Assembly: GCA_964106645.2 (NCBI GenBank)
Contig: OZ067041.1
Strand: one strand, 5' to 3'
Source: Podarcis pityusensis
Lineage: Eukaryota
Length of the DNA stretch: 64,000 nt
Positions 37,899-51,358 of the stretch are shown here, one piece after another; within the stretch, counting starts at the first letter, position 1, and each line of letters opens with the position of its first letter. The translations under genes were made by a program, and so were the position numbers. The notes beneath the pieces were generated by a model that saw nothing but the letters and a program-made list of their open reading frames with translations, had not been told where the DNA came from and did not search any database.

Positions 37899-39404
37899 TA
37901 TGTAACATATTAGCTGGAGTTCTTTCTGAAAGCCTATCCCAAATTATGCAGCATCAGCTACAGCAAGCTTCCACCCAGTAACCTGGACCGCAGGTGTGAA
38001 AGTGTTTTAAGGCTAAGATATTCTGCTGTTTAGCTATTTCCATCACTATACTTTGTCAATGTTTGCCTATAATAAAAGAAACACTTAATCGCCATTTTTA
38101 GTATAAAACCCACTTTAGCACCCCTGAATTTTTACTAGAAAGGAGGAATAGAATACAATAACTCGTGCTTATGAATGCATTCTAGAAAGCATATTACAGT
38201 GCTAACACCTACCAGGGAAAATGTAAGGAAAAAGCAGAAAACAGATAACAGGATGCATTATTGTTAGCTAAAAAAGAATGTGGTTTTGCTTTCTACCTGT
38301 TCTCAAAGCTGGAGGAAGCCAAACTGACAAAAGGCAAATCATGTTTTTTATTGAAAAGAGAAATGCCATTACTATTTGGATAGTAATTCCAGCCTGACTG
38401 CTCACACTGCTTTCCGGTCTTAGCAAGACTGAGTTCCATTCTAAGTCAATAACCATTGCTTATTTCTCCCTTAAACAAGCAAATTCTCTCCTGTTCCTGC
38501 ACTGCTTTTCTTTTATGTCTGTCCATAAACATCTCCAACATGGTGTGTGGCTAAAAATAAGCATTAAAAATATCACAGAAGGCGAGCAAATGTTCCTGTT
38601 TCTTCTACAACAGTTAATTTATTTTATTTTGCAGTATTTGTTGAATTATTAATAACAAATATTGTATTAAAACTAACATGTTAATTCACATATACTAGGA
38701 CAGATTAAGAAATAATAGAACATTTTAATGTGTGCTAGAAAGGGATTTTGGGAAATGAAGGAAGGTTGAATATTGGAAGAAAATATTAGGTAGCTCAATC
38801 TTCCTGACTTTTGAAATCTGTTCCAAATGAATGAACTGTGACTGTATAGTCCACAATATTCTTTAAGAGATTTTTAAAGATGTCACCTTTAAACTATGGC
38901 ATTCATCTTAATGTGGAGAACAGAACATGACCCATTCATCATTTACACAACCAATCCTTTTGTAAAGGAGTTCAAACAAAAAACTATTTGCTCAGTAGCT
39001 AGGATGTCAGCAGAGCAACTAGGATGTCAAGAAGAGGATTCCTTGCAGATCCCAGTTGCAACCTTACGAACATCTCTTTGTTTTTGGACTTTGGTGCAAG
39101 ATGCAGTTTTCAGTGGTGTATGACTGGCAAAGCCAGTTGCAATTATCAGGCAAGGGAATTTATGTTTTGTGTATCAGGAAGGGGGCAGACCTGTGGGAAA
39201 CATTTAAATCTGATTACACACTCTTTTGTGTACCTTTATGTTGGGGCTGTAACACCAAATCAAATTACGTTTGCCCACATGCCCAAATTGCCTTTTTCAA
39301 CATTTTTGGGATATAGTGGTAAGCTGGTCCCTCCCATTGGGGGCACATCCATGCACATCCAAACAGCTGTTGGGATGCTCCCCACAAACTGGATGACTCC
39401 CCCC

Positions 39405-39900
39405 TTTTTTATATACCACTTAAGCATAAAAGCTTTTAAGTGGTTAACACAAAATATACATTAAAAATATCAAACAGGCAGTATAAAATAAAATTACATA
39501 TTAAAGTGCACATCAAAGGTACATGTCTCGGTAGGATTTCCTAAACAAAAAGGGTTTTTAGCAAGTGCCAAAAGCAATACAGTGAAGGGAGCTTCCTAAA
39601 TCAATGGGCAGGGAGTTCCAGTGTATAGATGCTGCCACAGTGAAGGGTCGAATACTTGCAAGTCCAGAATGAACATTATGTGGTACCGATTGCAAAAGGG
39701 CATAAAGGAGTAAGGTAAACTGGTCCCAAGCTGTTATGTGCTTTATATATTAGCACAATGAATTTGGCTTGGCAAACTACTACAGATCTCTGAGCAGGGG
39801 TATAATATGTTGACAGGGATATGTGAGCAATTGTGCTGCAACATTATGCAAGGGAGATTGCAGCTGGGTTTCTGAAATGTGCATATCAGGCTAAAGGGTT
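39405..39900 (-). mobile_element. Ancient L2-like 3' fragment
   Basis: GGCAGGGAGTTCCAG...GCTGCCACAGTGAAGG resembles the L2 WNALP region in reverse; TTTATATACCAC terminus. Confidence 0.5.
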
Positions 39901-39980
39901 CTAGGTTTGAGAATATGGTGCACGGAATGAAATAACATGCAACCAACATGCAAGTCCCCTATCAATTTGAACAGGTGGTC

Positions 39981-40615
39981 TGTGATGGCCTGGGATTCGG
40001 ACTCAGATGCTGAACCTGAGGGATCCCAGCCTGCACAGGATTCCCCGCCTCCAGAACCAGCTGAACTGGGCTGGGGCATGAGCCTGAAGGGTCCTCACCT
40101 GTGCTGGATCCTCAGGTACAGGCATCAGCTGAGCCTGCTCTGGCTCCTGAGGTGATGGAGGGCCCATTGCCTGCAGGTGCTCCACTCTCTGAGGAAGCTG
40201 AGGTTGCCTCTGGGTCTGCTAACCCTCCAGCCTCTCCTGAGCTACAGAGGCTCAGGGCAGAGAGGCGGAGGGAACTAAGTTCCTGCAGGAGGAGTGCTCG
40301 CCTCCAGGCCAGGAGAGGCGAGTCTCCAGAGGATCGGGGCCACCCTATGCCTCAGGGCAGATAAAAGCCAGCCAGCTCCAGTCACAAGTTGTGGGAGCAA
40401 CATTGTTGGTTGCTAGTTCCTGCCTGAACCCTGTCCTGCTTTTCAGCCAGAGCTCCTGACCCGCCCTGGCTCCCTGCTTCCATGCCTGTTCCTGACTTCA
40501 CCTGACTCCCTGCCCTGCACCCAGCTTCAGCTACTACGGACTGCCTCCACGTTGCACCTTTGACCACGGACTGGACTTGGACCTCACCTTTTGGGTAACC
40601 CACGGGACCAGCACA
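39981..40615 (+). mobile_element. Solo LTR, 635 bp, 5-bp TSD
   Basis: TGTG...CACA with imperfect inverted ends (TGTGATGGCC / TGTGCTGGTC). TSD TGGTC at 39976-39980 and 40616-40620. TATA-like ATAAAA at 40361. Confidence 0.88.
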
Positions 40616-41184
40616 TGGTCAAAGAAACAGATCAATAAAGTTCATGGATGAAGGATGAAGAACAGACATCTTTACTCTAGGGAATTCTATTAGGTATTTG
40701 TCTTTAAAAATACATGTTCATGCATTGTGAAAAAGCATCAACATTTGACTAAGACAGACATATGATACTTTTTGATATAAATGGTTCCAGTTCACAGAGA
40801 ACATTAGTGGTATTAAATTCATTTGTGCTTTCCCTATCATCTTTAAGCGGAAGAATTATAGTGAAAGAAATATTTTTATGCCTTATCTACATGCTCACAG
40901 GGAGATGACTATGGCAGACCTAATTACATTCACAATGAACTCTCAGAAAAAGTGGTGCAGAGGTGAAATTTTCATTAAAACAATTACTCATATCTTCATA
41001 CACTAATTCATAAACAGATCCTAAACTGCAGAGTGGGGAGTTTTAAAACTGTATCAACTACATTTCTGCAGCAATGAACATTCTCCACGCTTGGCATGAG
41101 AAGGTGTGTACTCAGAGCCTTTTCAGGGAGAAGAGAAACAAATTGAAAGAAGAAGAATGGATTCAGTCTCCAAATTAAACTGAG

Positions 41185-41322
41185 GGTGTAGCATTCATCT
41201 TAGCATGTGACTCTTAATATCAGGGTTGTGGATTCAAGCCCCACGTTGGACAAAAGATTCCTGCATTGCAGGGGTTGCACTAGGGGCCCTTGTGGTCCCT
41301 TCCAACTCTACAATTTTCCATG
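41185..41322 (+). mobile_element. Short SINE: tRNA-Lys-like head plus CR1-type tail
   Basis: GACTCTTAATATCAGGGTTGTGGATTCAAGCCCCACGTTGG followed by GATTCCTGCATTGCAGGGG...CCCTTCCAACTCTACAATT. Confidence 0.75.
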
Positions 41323-42959
41323 AATACATGAGTAAAATTTAAGAGCACACTGGGCTGAATATATGTCATAAGTCTATGTCATTACCTTGTTAGTGTTCAG
41401 CATTAATACTCCATGAGATAACATACACATAAGTTCACAGTCAAAGGTTATATGTATCCTTGTTGAAGACTCTTAAGATAGACGTTTTCTATGTGCATGT
41501 ACTGATGTTTTATTTAGATTATACAGTCTCATAGGGGAACTACTCCTTCAAGGGTTCCAGTGAGCACAGTTGTGTTTTGGACAAACACTGCAGCACTTCA
41601 AGCAGCTTCACTTAGGGTTGCCATATTTCAAACAGTGAAAAGTTGTAGAGCTTTTCTGAAAAATTTGCAAAAAGAAGAAATTTTTGAGCTTGGCGAGAGC
41701 CCATTCCCGTGTTGCCACCCTGTGGACCTCTCATGTGGAAGGCGCCTGAAGATGGTCCTAGTTCAAAACCATATACTTGTGATTTACTTCTTCTTTATTT
41801 GTTATGGGACTGGTACACAATGCCAAGGGATCTATTTACATCATGCAACATACAATCCACTTCCTTGTGTCTGGTCACCTAACACCAACATCAGACATTC
41901 AGCTCTTCGTCTGGGCTGAAACTGCAACCTGCCAGAACTTCACTACTAAGCATGATGCGCTCCCTCCATTCAAACTTACAACAACAATGAGACAGTAGAC
42001 ATAATATTTTGGTGGAGGATCATATTCTAAAGCAGTCTATCAATTTTTATCACATTTGAAGTTAAGCTCTAGTATTTATCTTTCCACTGACATGAATAGC
42101 ACACAACACACTTCAGCTTCTCTCTTCAAATCTAATAATCTTCTTTTTAGGCTGGTTGATGTAAAAATCTGCTTCAGGCTTTTTTAAAAAAATGTCTTAA
42201 ACTATTCCAATAATTTACTGTATATTTTTCTTATAAATGACACTTGCTAAAGGAATATAAGAAATATATTGATTGTGTAAACTTTATTTATAGACATTAA
42301 AAAGTTTTGTTTCAGTTAAAAGGCAGTTACAGAAAATTTACACATTTATGCTATAGCTCGCATCTGCTTTGAAGTAGCCAAACTTCAGGGGAAAAGGAAT
42401 TACTTGGGCACTTTTAAACAATAACCCATTGTGTATGTTCAAAGTGATTACAATTAATAAGGAGCTGCATCACAGCACCAGGCTCCACCCCAACCTATGT
42501 ACATAAGTCTAAAGAGAGACTACCTCCATTCCCTGGCTCTCTCCTGACATTCAGACTAATGCTGGTAGATCAGGAACAGAGCGCATTGTCTGATGGTCTA
42601 CTTAACAATCTGCTTTCATTGTACCTGCTACAATTACTGGCAAGGGACTCAGTTTTATGTTTTGTCAAGAATAGGATTGTGACATAATAACAAGGCACTA
42701 TCTTTTTATTTGGGCTTGGCTGAGTTGTTTGTTTGTTTGGTTAGAAAGCTTATATTGTGTCCCACTATATAGCCCTGAGAGGCCCTCAAAGCAGTTCCTC
42801 TGAGGCAAGGGATGGGGTGGGTGACCACAATGCGCTCAGCCCATTAAGGAGAAAAATGTCCTTAGCATTCTTAATGATGGCACTTCTCCTTCTTATATAG
42901 GGATTCTTCTACCTGAATATGACTTTCAGAGCCAGACTATATGGGACTTAGAAGGAAAA

Positions 42960-43492
42960 GGGATGCAGGTGGCGCTGTGGTCTAAACCACTCGTAAGGTC
43001 AGCAGTTTGAATCCACGCGATGGGGGGAGCTCCCGTTGCTCTGTCTCAGCTGCTGCCAACCTAGCAGTTCGAAAGCATACCAGCACAAGTAAATAGGTGG
43101 CACTGCAGTGTTCTGGCTTCTGTCACGGTGTTCCGTTGCACCAGAAGCAGTTTAGTCATGCTGGCCACATGACCCGGAAAGCTGTCTGTAGACAAACACT
43201 GGCTCCCTCAGCCTGAAAGCGGAGAGGAGTGCCCACCCTTACAGTGGTACCTCGGGTTACAAACACTTTGGGCTACAAACTCTGCTAACCCAGAAGTAGT
43301 ACCTTGGGTTAAGATCTTTACCTCAGGATGAGAACAGAAATCGTGTGCCGGCAGCGCGGCGGCGGCAGGAGGCCCCATTAGCTAAAGTGGTACCTCAGGT
43401 TAAGAACAGTTTCAGGTTAAGAACGGACCTCCGGAACAAATTAAGTTCATAACCAGAGGTAGCACTGTAGTCAAATTTGACTGGACTTAACT
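42960..43492 (+). mobile_element. Sauria SINE interrupted by a MITE, lacking its 3' tail
   Basis: Head GGGATGCAGGTGGCGCTGTGG. Body resumes after the MITE as GTCAAATTTGACTGGACTTAACT. Flanked by GAAGGAAA at 42951-42958 and 43493-43500. Confidence 0.88.
43242..43467. mobile_element. Tigger/pogo-type MITE, family A variant (226 bp), nested in a SINE
   Basis: TA at 43240-43241 and 43468-43469, TIR CAGTG(G/C)TACCTC, shares its right part with 54145-54386. Confidence 0.9.
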
Positions 43493-43822
43493 GAAGGAAA
43501 GAATTGGAGTGACTTAGTCTTCTTTCTCCACCTCTTCTGTAACTTATAATGGTCTGGGTGGAGTCACAGATTTTACCATTATGAGCTCCAGAGATCAGGT
43601 AGCCATATTTCATATACTACAAAATACGTAGAGAGATGAGGAGTGTTAACCACTTGCAATTGTTTCTTCTCCCAGGCCTATGTAATGTTCAAAACATTTC
43701 ATGAAAGAGACAACATGGAAACTGTTGTTGTGAATAGGTCCAACTGCACATTTTGGTTCAAAATCCCAGAACTGCCATCTTTTGTTCGCACATTTTTTTA
43801 CAGATGATCACACTGTCAGCCC

Positions 43823-44061
43823 AGAGCAGAGGCACCCCTTGTACATCGCCTTCATAAACCTGACAAAACCTTATTAGCTGAAAATTACTCTTCACACTAT
43901 TCAACAAGATAGGATGTCCACCTAAGCTTCACAATATGATTGTGTCCTTCCACAAGAACATGCCAGGCACTATCCAAAATGATGGCCCATCCTTAGACAC
44001 TTTCTCTATAATGAGCTGTGTGAAACAGGACTGTGTTCTTGCCCCAACTCTCTTTGGCATA
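43823..44061 (+). mobile_element. Decayed RTE-clade LINE reverse-transcriptase fragment
   Basis: Translates EQRHPLYIAFINLTK...KIGCPPKLHNMIVSFHKNMPGTIQNDG...VKQDCVLAPTLFGI, an RTE RT signature distinct from BovB. Confidence 0.8.
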
Positions 44062-46843
44062 TAGACAGATAGAGAGATATATATAGCGAAAGATTATATC
44101 TACAAAATATCTGCGATGAAGTGGGTTTTTGTTACAATAAAAAGTATTAGCCTTCAAGGAGTCTTTACTGGCATTTCTGTTATAAACAAGGACAGATTTT
44201 TAAAGAAAGCTCCCCCTTTACAAGTTATTAATTCTCTCAGTAACAAAAAACCCATTCAAGAGAATAAAAATATTTTTACGGTCACTTACAGGCTTACACA
44301 TTTTCTTAGGGTTCTTACATATTTATATGGCATAAATCGTATTCTTTTATATACAGCAGTTAAAGGGCATTTATTCACCTTCTGATACCATAGATGGTTG
44401 ATGGTTTTGGTTGAAATGGGTTTGTCTGTAACTCAGCAGAAAATAAATGAAGTAGCTTGGATCTTCTCGGTTGATAAATTTCAGAGCAGAAATGTTCTGG
44501 GGAGACTGCATGCATTTCATTTTGTACTTTAAACTTCCTTAACTTAGTAACAGGGCAAAGCACCTCTTTTAGCCATGAGTGTCTGATATAATTTAAATCT
44601 GGAGCTGATTCATGGATTTCACAATTGCACTGTAGTCTCCATGGACATATTCAGAGTAGCCCATTATGGGGTTGATCATAGGTCTGGTTTTAAGGTTTAT
44701 TTGCTGCTGAATTTAGTTAAAAGGTGAATTAGGTTCGAAATTGGAATTTCCATTAGAATACTGTTCTGAAATAGCTGTCAATCTTCAATTTTAGTTGAAT
44801 CTACAGCACAATAAATTATGTAAAAGATGCATCATTAAACATTCAGTATCCTTATGATATCTTTCAATGCAAGTAAAACACATAAAATTTGACTTATATT
44901 TCGTATCTACTTAAAGTCTATTCATATCTTCCTCCTTTCCTCCCTCCCTTTCTCTCACCCACACATGTGCATGGTATGGCTGAACACTCATTTGTTTGCC
45001 TTGAAAGCCGCTAGGGAACCTGTAGGCATTCTTTATACAGTTGAGTTTATTTTTGCTCCCTACCAGCAACTTTCAGGGCATGCAGCTGGCTGCATTCTTG
45101 CTGTTAAAACATACAATGCAGATGAAACAGGTTTGGAATTATATGCTCTGATGATTTGGTCCCAGATAAAGTCTGACTGCTGCATTTTAGACCAATGGAA
45201 GTTTATAAAATCGTGTAGATAGAACTGCAGTAGTCCAGTCTTGCATAGATAATTTATTCTGATTCGGTCTTCTCTAAGAAAAGTTATTTTATAAATTGGA
45301 GTGGATAAAAGGCACTCCTAGTAAGTGCTGCCACCTAGGCACCCATAAGCATTGGATCGAGGAGATCTCCCAAGCTGCATACCTATGCTTTAGAAATAGT
45401 GCAACCTCTCCCATGACCTTTACACACTTATCCTTTATGGTGGAATAGTTTTTTGTTTTGCAGGGGGGGGGGCGTGTTGCCACATGACATCAGCATCATT
45501 CAGCTAATATTCCAGAATAATGCACTTAAAACCCTGCATTTTCTTATACCATGAAAAAACTGACTTTCGTGAACAATACAGAATGGATCCTAAATATTTT
45601 CAGTTGTGCAGCGTGTGTACAAGCATCATCCTGCTTTTGGTGTGGAGGCGGTGGGAGCTGGGGTGTGTGTGTTTTGCTCTTCACTGGCACTACCACTCTG
45701 TTGGAGCAGCTTTCCTTCATGTCCAGCAAGAAATTTACCGTAACACCAATAGCTGTGTACTTTGTGTACTTTATTTGTGTGCAAATAATTACCATCTGCG
45801 GCTTAGTTTGTAGGTAATGTGAAAAAGTGAAAGGCTTGATAGGCTGAGACAAAGAATACTTTGGAGAAAACATCTGGTGCTCTTTTTCAGTAAATCATGT
45901 CAGCCTGTCCTGCACACATGGAAACAAAAGATGAAGTGGTGCAGAACAGGATCAGTGTGTGCATTTGTTCTTCCTTCTGCTTTGGCTATTTTCATTGAGG
46001 GCTGTGATAAGAGCAGACAGATAGGCTAGGCCACAAAAAGATTTCAAATTCATCGTGTGGAACAGTTGTTTCAACAGGTAAAATGAAAAGGGCGGGGGGA
46101 AGAAACCCTACAGGAGATCTCTTGAGGTTTAGGAATCCCACAAGAAATCACTTGAGGCTGACAAGTAGAAAAGTGGACACGAAGCACAAACGTGAAATCC
46201 ATTTCCTAGACCTTAAAACACACACACAAACACACACACTTGGCAATGTCACCAATGGCATTTATATACACCTACCCATGTCAACAGAACTATGCCAATA
46301 TAGACACAGTAAAAAAAAATATGGTCATATTTGTCATGATGGGTATTTGCTAAGACTTCTAGCAGATATTTCCTGACAGATTATTTATTGAGCATCAGGC
46401 ACACTGACACAGTGTGCCCGAAACTCACAAGCTACAGGAAGACTGTGCCAAGCCCTATGTTCATTCCTGCTTGTCCAACTGGCAGCATGGGGAGTTATTA
46501 CAGTGCCAACATATGAATAAGAAACTCTTCACTGTTTTTGTGTCCTGCACTTCAAGCTAAACAATCAATCATTGCTCTAGCAGCATGGTAAGCTGCCCCT
46601 TAGGTGCAGCCTAATCTAAAGCATGTATTTTTTCCAGGTATGCAACTTTTGAATTTTTATGAGGCAAATGTGAGAATATTATGATGTGAACAATATCTGG
46701 TATGAAAATAGTTAACTGTATGAAGGAAGCGGGGAACCAAAGAGTTGCATGTAGGTTCTGCTGGTAGTTAAACTGCTACTATTGCTAAAATGGTGACTAT
46801 GAGCACATTCACACCATACATTTAAAGCTCTGGCAGGGGAAAT

Positions 46844-47944
46844 GTTGTTGTTGTTTAGTCGTTTAGTCGTGTCCGACTCTTCATGACCCCATGGACCAGA
46901 GCACGCCAGGCACTTCTGTCTTCCACTGTCTCCCGCAGTTTGGTCAGACTCATGTTTGTAGCGTCGAGAACACTGTCCAACCATCTCGTCCTCTGTCGTC
47001 CCCTTCTCCTTGTGCCCTCAATCTTTCCCAACATCAGGGTCTTTTCCAGGGAGTCTTCTCTTCTCATGAGGTGGCCAAAGTATTGGAGCCTCAGCTTCAC
47101 GATCTGTCCTTCCAGTGAGCACTCAGGGCTGATTTCCTTAAGAATGGATGCGTTTGATCTTCTTGCAGTCCATGGGACTCTCAAGAGTCTCCTCCAGCAC
47201 CATAATTCAAAAGCATTAATTCTTCGGCGATCAGCCTTCTTTATGGTCCAGCTCTCACTTCCATACATCACTACTGGGAAAACCATGGCTTTTACTATAC
47301 GGACCTTTGTTGGCAAGGTGATGTCTCTGCTTTTTAAGATGTTGTCTAGGTTTGCCATCACCTTTCTCCCAAGGAGCAGGCGTCTTTTAATTTCGTGACT
47401 GCTGTCACATCTGCAGTGATCATGGAGCCCAAGAAAGTAAAATCTCTCACTGCCTCCATTTCTTCCCTTCTACTTGCCAGGAGGTGATGGGACTAGTGGC
47501 CATGATCTTCGTTTTTTTGATGTTGAGCTTCAGACCATATTTTGCGCTTTCCTCATTCACCCTCATTAAAAGGTTCTTTAATTCTTCCTCACTTTCTGCC
47601 ATCAAGGTTGTGTCATCTGCATATCTGAGGTTGTTGATATTTCTTCCGGCGATCTTAATTCCGGCTTGGGATTCATCCAGCCCACCCTTTCGCATGATGA
47701 ATTCTGCATATAAGTTAAATAAGCAGGGAGACAATATACAGCCTTGCCGTACTCCTTTCCCAATTTTGAACCAATCAGTTGTTCCATATCCAGTTCTAAC
47801 TGTAGCTTCTTGTCCCACATAGAGATTTCTCAGGAGACAGATGAGGTGATCAGGCACTCCCATTTCTTTAAGAACTTGCCATAGTTTGCTGTGGTCGACA
47901 CAGTCAAAGGCTTTTGCATAGTCAATGAAGATGTCTTTCTGGAA
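46844..47944 (-). mobile_element. BovB (RTE) LINE, 5'-truncated, 1.1 kb
   Basis: RT motifs GVRQGCILSP and LRYADDTTL, C-terminal FELWCWRRLLRVPW, (CAA)n tail. 14-bp TSD CTGGCAGGGGAAAT at 46830-46843 and 47945-47958. Frameshifted near 47400-47460. Confidence 0.96.
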
Positions 47945-48567
47945 CTGGCAGGGGAAATAGGGGTCTCCTAACCATGCTCAGCACGCTTGATAAACAATAA
48001 ATTGAATTATCTTTGATTTTCAGACACTAGCCTTTTTTATTAAAAAAACAAGTGCATAACAGTAAAGAGTTTCTGAACTTACTAAATCAGTTCTGATTTA
48101 GCATGAGACTTTTCTTTTTTAAAAAATGCCCTGCTAAGGCAAATTTCAAAGCAAATGCAGTTCAGTGTTCTCATATTGCAAGTTGTAAGGGGTTGCGGTG
48201 GGGAGAGTGAATTATGACAACCTTGCAGTGTTGTTCATAATGAATACTGCAGGTTAGGCTCTGAGTGATTTACACAAAGCCCTGCATTGTTATCACGACC
48301 CTTATTGGAGGTTGGGATCTGTGTACCAATAAGGAAATGAACTTAAATGACATCGGTGTTTATTAGAAAACCTAGAAGAACCATTTATACATGTGTTAAG
48401 TCCTGCAAATTTAACATCATTCATATGACAAGTACAACTTTAACGACTGGGAAATTTGTTTTTTTAGCATTACCGATTTTGGAGTGTGGAGAAATACTCT
48501 CATTTTAAAATAAGAAGGAAGATAGGTAGGAAAGTGGGTAGATATGATATGGGGAAAATAGGCTGTA

Positions 48568-49045
48568 TGTTGAGACCCTTCCAACCCCTGGATCCAGCAG
48601 GTGTTGAAATATAACTTAGGCTGGCTTCTTGATGAGGTGATTGCCTGGGTGATGGAGCATTAAGGGGGGTAGGAATGGGGTCTGTGTGAGATGGCAACTG
48701 GGTGGTGAAATGGCAAGTTGTGGTTAGATAGAAGAACAATACCAGAGCTGAGGGCAGAGAGTTTTCAATGATGTGAGCTACAAGCAAGAGCAGTAAGCCA
48801 GAGAGACAGTAAGCACGATGTTTGATTTCTGTTTGAATGCAAGGCTGTGACTATGGAAGAAGCAAGGTCCTTTGGGGATGTTAAGGTTGTGAACCCCTCC
48901 ATTGTAGGCTCAGGTTGTATATATGTGTAAATAAACCATATGTCATAAAGATACTTCAGTCTCCACTATGCCTTATTAATTCTGGGTAAGCAACCTGGAG
49001 CCCCTGGAATCTCGCACCGCTCAGAGATTGGGGTGGCATGCAACA
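48568..49045 (+). mobile_element. Probable solo LTR
   Basis: TGTTG...CAACA termini and AATAAA at 48930-48935. No TSD; left end uncertain. Confidence 0.5.
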
Positions 49046-49429
49046 ATATGTACATATATGTTCAAGTTTTCACTGAATTTGATCCACTCTCATGCAATGT
49101 GAAGTCTAGTGAAAAAAGTGAAAAATGAAATTCTAAATCTTTTCCTGACTATTACTAAAAATAACCACAGACTGTGAACTCAAAGTTCTTTCAAAAATCA
49201 AGTAAGTTCAGTCTGATCTAGGCAAACTCCATATTTAGGGACTTTTCCCAAATCTCAACTGTTTGTTCTTTCTTGTGTCACAGGATCTATTTTGACTTCT
49301 GTTTCTCATTCACACACCTTCAGTCATTTTCTATGTGGCTTCTATCTTTATATTGTTCTTAACAGCACAATGAAGTGTAGAATCATTTAATATCAACCAT
49401 GCCAAAGAGAGTTGTCCAGTCTAACATAC

Positions 49430-49503
49430 TGTACGTTGTTTGGCTGACGCGGGTGGGGAGACAACATGAACTGTACCGCACACCAATCCTTTTCAGCTAC
49501 GTG
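49430..49503 (-). CDS. Probable internal coding exon (74 nt) of an unidentified host gene: HVAEKDWCAVQFMLSPHPRQPNNV
   Basis: Acceptor TCTTTGTGCTCCTTTTTAAAG|CAC and donor ACA|GTATGT. Only one of three frames is open. Five CpGs retained in 74 nt of non-repetitive, otherwise CpG-poor sequence. Confidence 0.6.
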
Positions 49504-49741
49504 CTTTAAAAAGGAGCACAAAGATTGTGATAAAACAAACATTAGCAATATTGCTGAAACAGAAGGCAACAACATGGCCAGGATGGTGGGTAGAAACCTC
49601 CTTCTCTCCTGAAAATTCAGGAACAGATACAGCCACCCGCCTACCATCCAACTGTGCTGTTATCATATTTGCTGCTTTAGCATTTCAGACGAAATCAACC
49701 TCAGGAGATCCTAAACTCAGCCAGTCTGTGGAATATAGAGG

Positions 49742-49915
49742 CATAGGAAGCTGCCTTATAATGAATCAGGTTATTGGTACAACTAGCTTAGTACTGTCAA
49801 TACTGACTGGTAGTGAATCGCCAGGTTTCTAGGCAGGGGATATTCCCTGCCCTACCTGGAGATGCCAGGGATTGAACTTGAGGACTTCTATGTGAAAAAC
49901 CCCACTGAGCTACAG
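49742..49915 (-). mobile_element. Old tRNA-derived squamate SINE
   Basis: CATAGGAAGCTGCCTTATA... tail and GGAGATGCCAGGGATTGAAC (reverse B box) ... CACTGAGCTAC (reverse A box). Confidence 0.7.
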
Positions 49916-50873
49916 CTGTTCTTGGGACTGCATCAGTCTGTGCTGGTTATGTGACCATTGCACTACTTTCTGATATCTCAAAATCAGTTTTAACTTTTTA
50001 CAGATTACTCCAATGTCCTTTATATATTATTTTAACAATTGGCCATTGTGTCTTCATTTTAAATATGCCTACACTGATGGTAAAAGGATGATCAATAATA
50101 AGAATTATAGACAACTAAGTCTGCATTCTAATACATATTCTTTCTTGCTTGAGAGTAAGTACCGTTGAACTCAGTGGGAATTATGAGTAGACAAGCATAG
50201 GATTGTGCTGCAAAGCAATTTCCCACTCGATAGTGGCAATACATTTCTGTCATTCTAAAACTGCTGACCAGAGTAATTAAATATGATATTTTGCATGTAT
50301 CCTTCACTAAAACATAAGTATGTGTGTGTGCGTGCACCCACCCACCCACATACCCACACACAGTTTAAATTAAAATTGGTGCCAATTACTCATGGAAAAG
50401 CCTGGCATAGCAGCCTACTTAGAAAGTAGTTCTTCATTGTCAAGCTTTGTTTGATTGTTATGAACAGCGCTGTATAATTTAAAAAAGCCTTAATATCTTG
50501 CACATATATCTCCACCATCAAATCAATATTTATACACATAATTCATTTTGGAAAGATTTAGACATATTCATTGACCAAATCATTTTCTGATGCCATGCAG
50601 AGGGAGAGCGAAGTTGCCTCAAACATAATTTGTTTTAACATGCCAATTAATTTAAATGCTGATTAATATGAATTTTTCAATAATGTAGGCAGAACTAATT
50701 GGGTAAGAAAGACTCACATAAATGGCCTACCTCCATAGTTCCAGTATTAATATACACTATTCGACATGCTGCTGGGTGCATGCATGTGAATTGGAACTCA
50801 ATATGGAGAGGATGCAGCAGCATTTCTGTTACCAAGAGCAAGTGCAGAAATTGTTAGCAAAGCCATTTGAATA

Positions 50874-51115
50874 CAGTGGTACCTCAGGTTAAGTACTTAA
50901 TTCGTTCCGGAGGTCCGTTCTTAACCTGAAACTGTTCTTAACTTGAAGTACCACTTTAGCTAATGCGGCCTCCTGCTGCTGCCGTGCCACTGGAGCCCGA
51001 TTTCTGTTCTTATCCTGAAGCAAAGTTCTTAACCTGAAGCACTATTTCTGGGTTAGCGGAGGGTGGAACCTGAAGCATATGTAACCTGAAGCTTATGTAA
51101 TCCGAGGTACCACTG
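50874..51115. mobile_element. Tigger/pogo-type MITE, family A (242 bp)
   Basis: TA-flanked, same length and orientation as 5611-5852. Confidence 0.93.
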
Positions 51116-51358
51116 TAATGCAAGTCCGATTTCAGAGGGAAAACAAAATGATAATATTTAAGAATAAATAAACCAGAGGGGTTCTGTCTTTTAGTTAGAT
51201 CATGCTTTGCTCATAGCAGGGATATTCAACAACTAAACCTTCAGAGGAAAACTCCTTCAAAACTGCACAGCTGATCAGAACTTGAGTTATCTCAGGAAAG
51301 ATGATACCCTTCTGACCGGTTGGCAGTCAATACCTCTCCCACCCCCATCCTCTGCATT

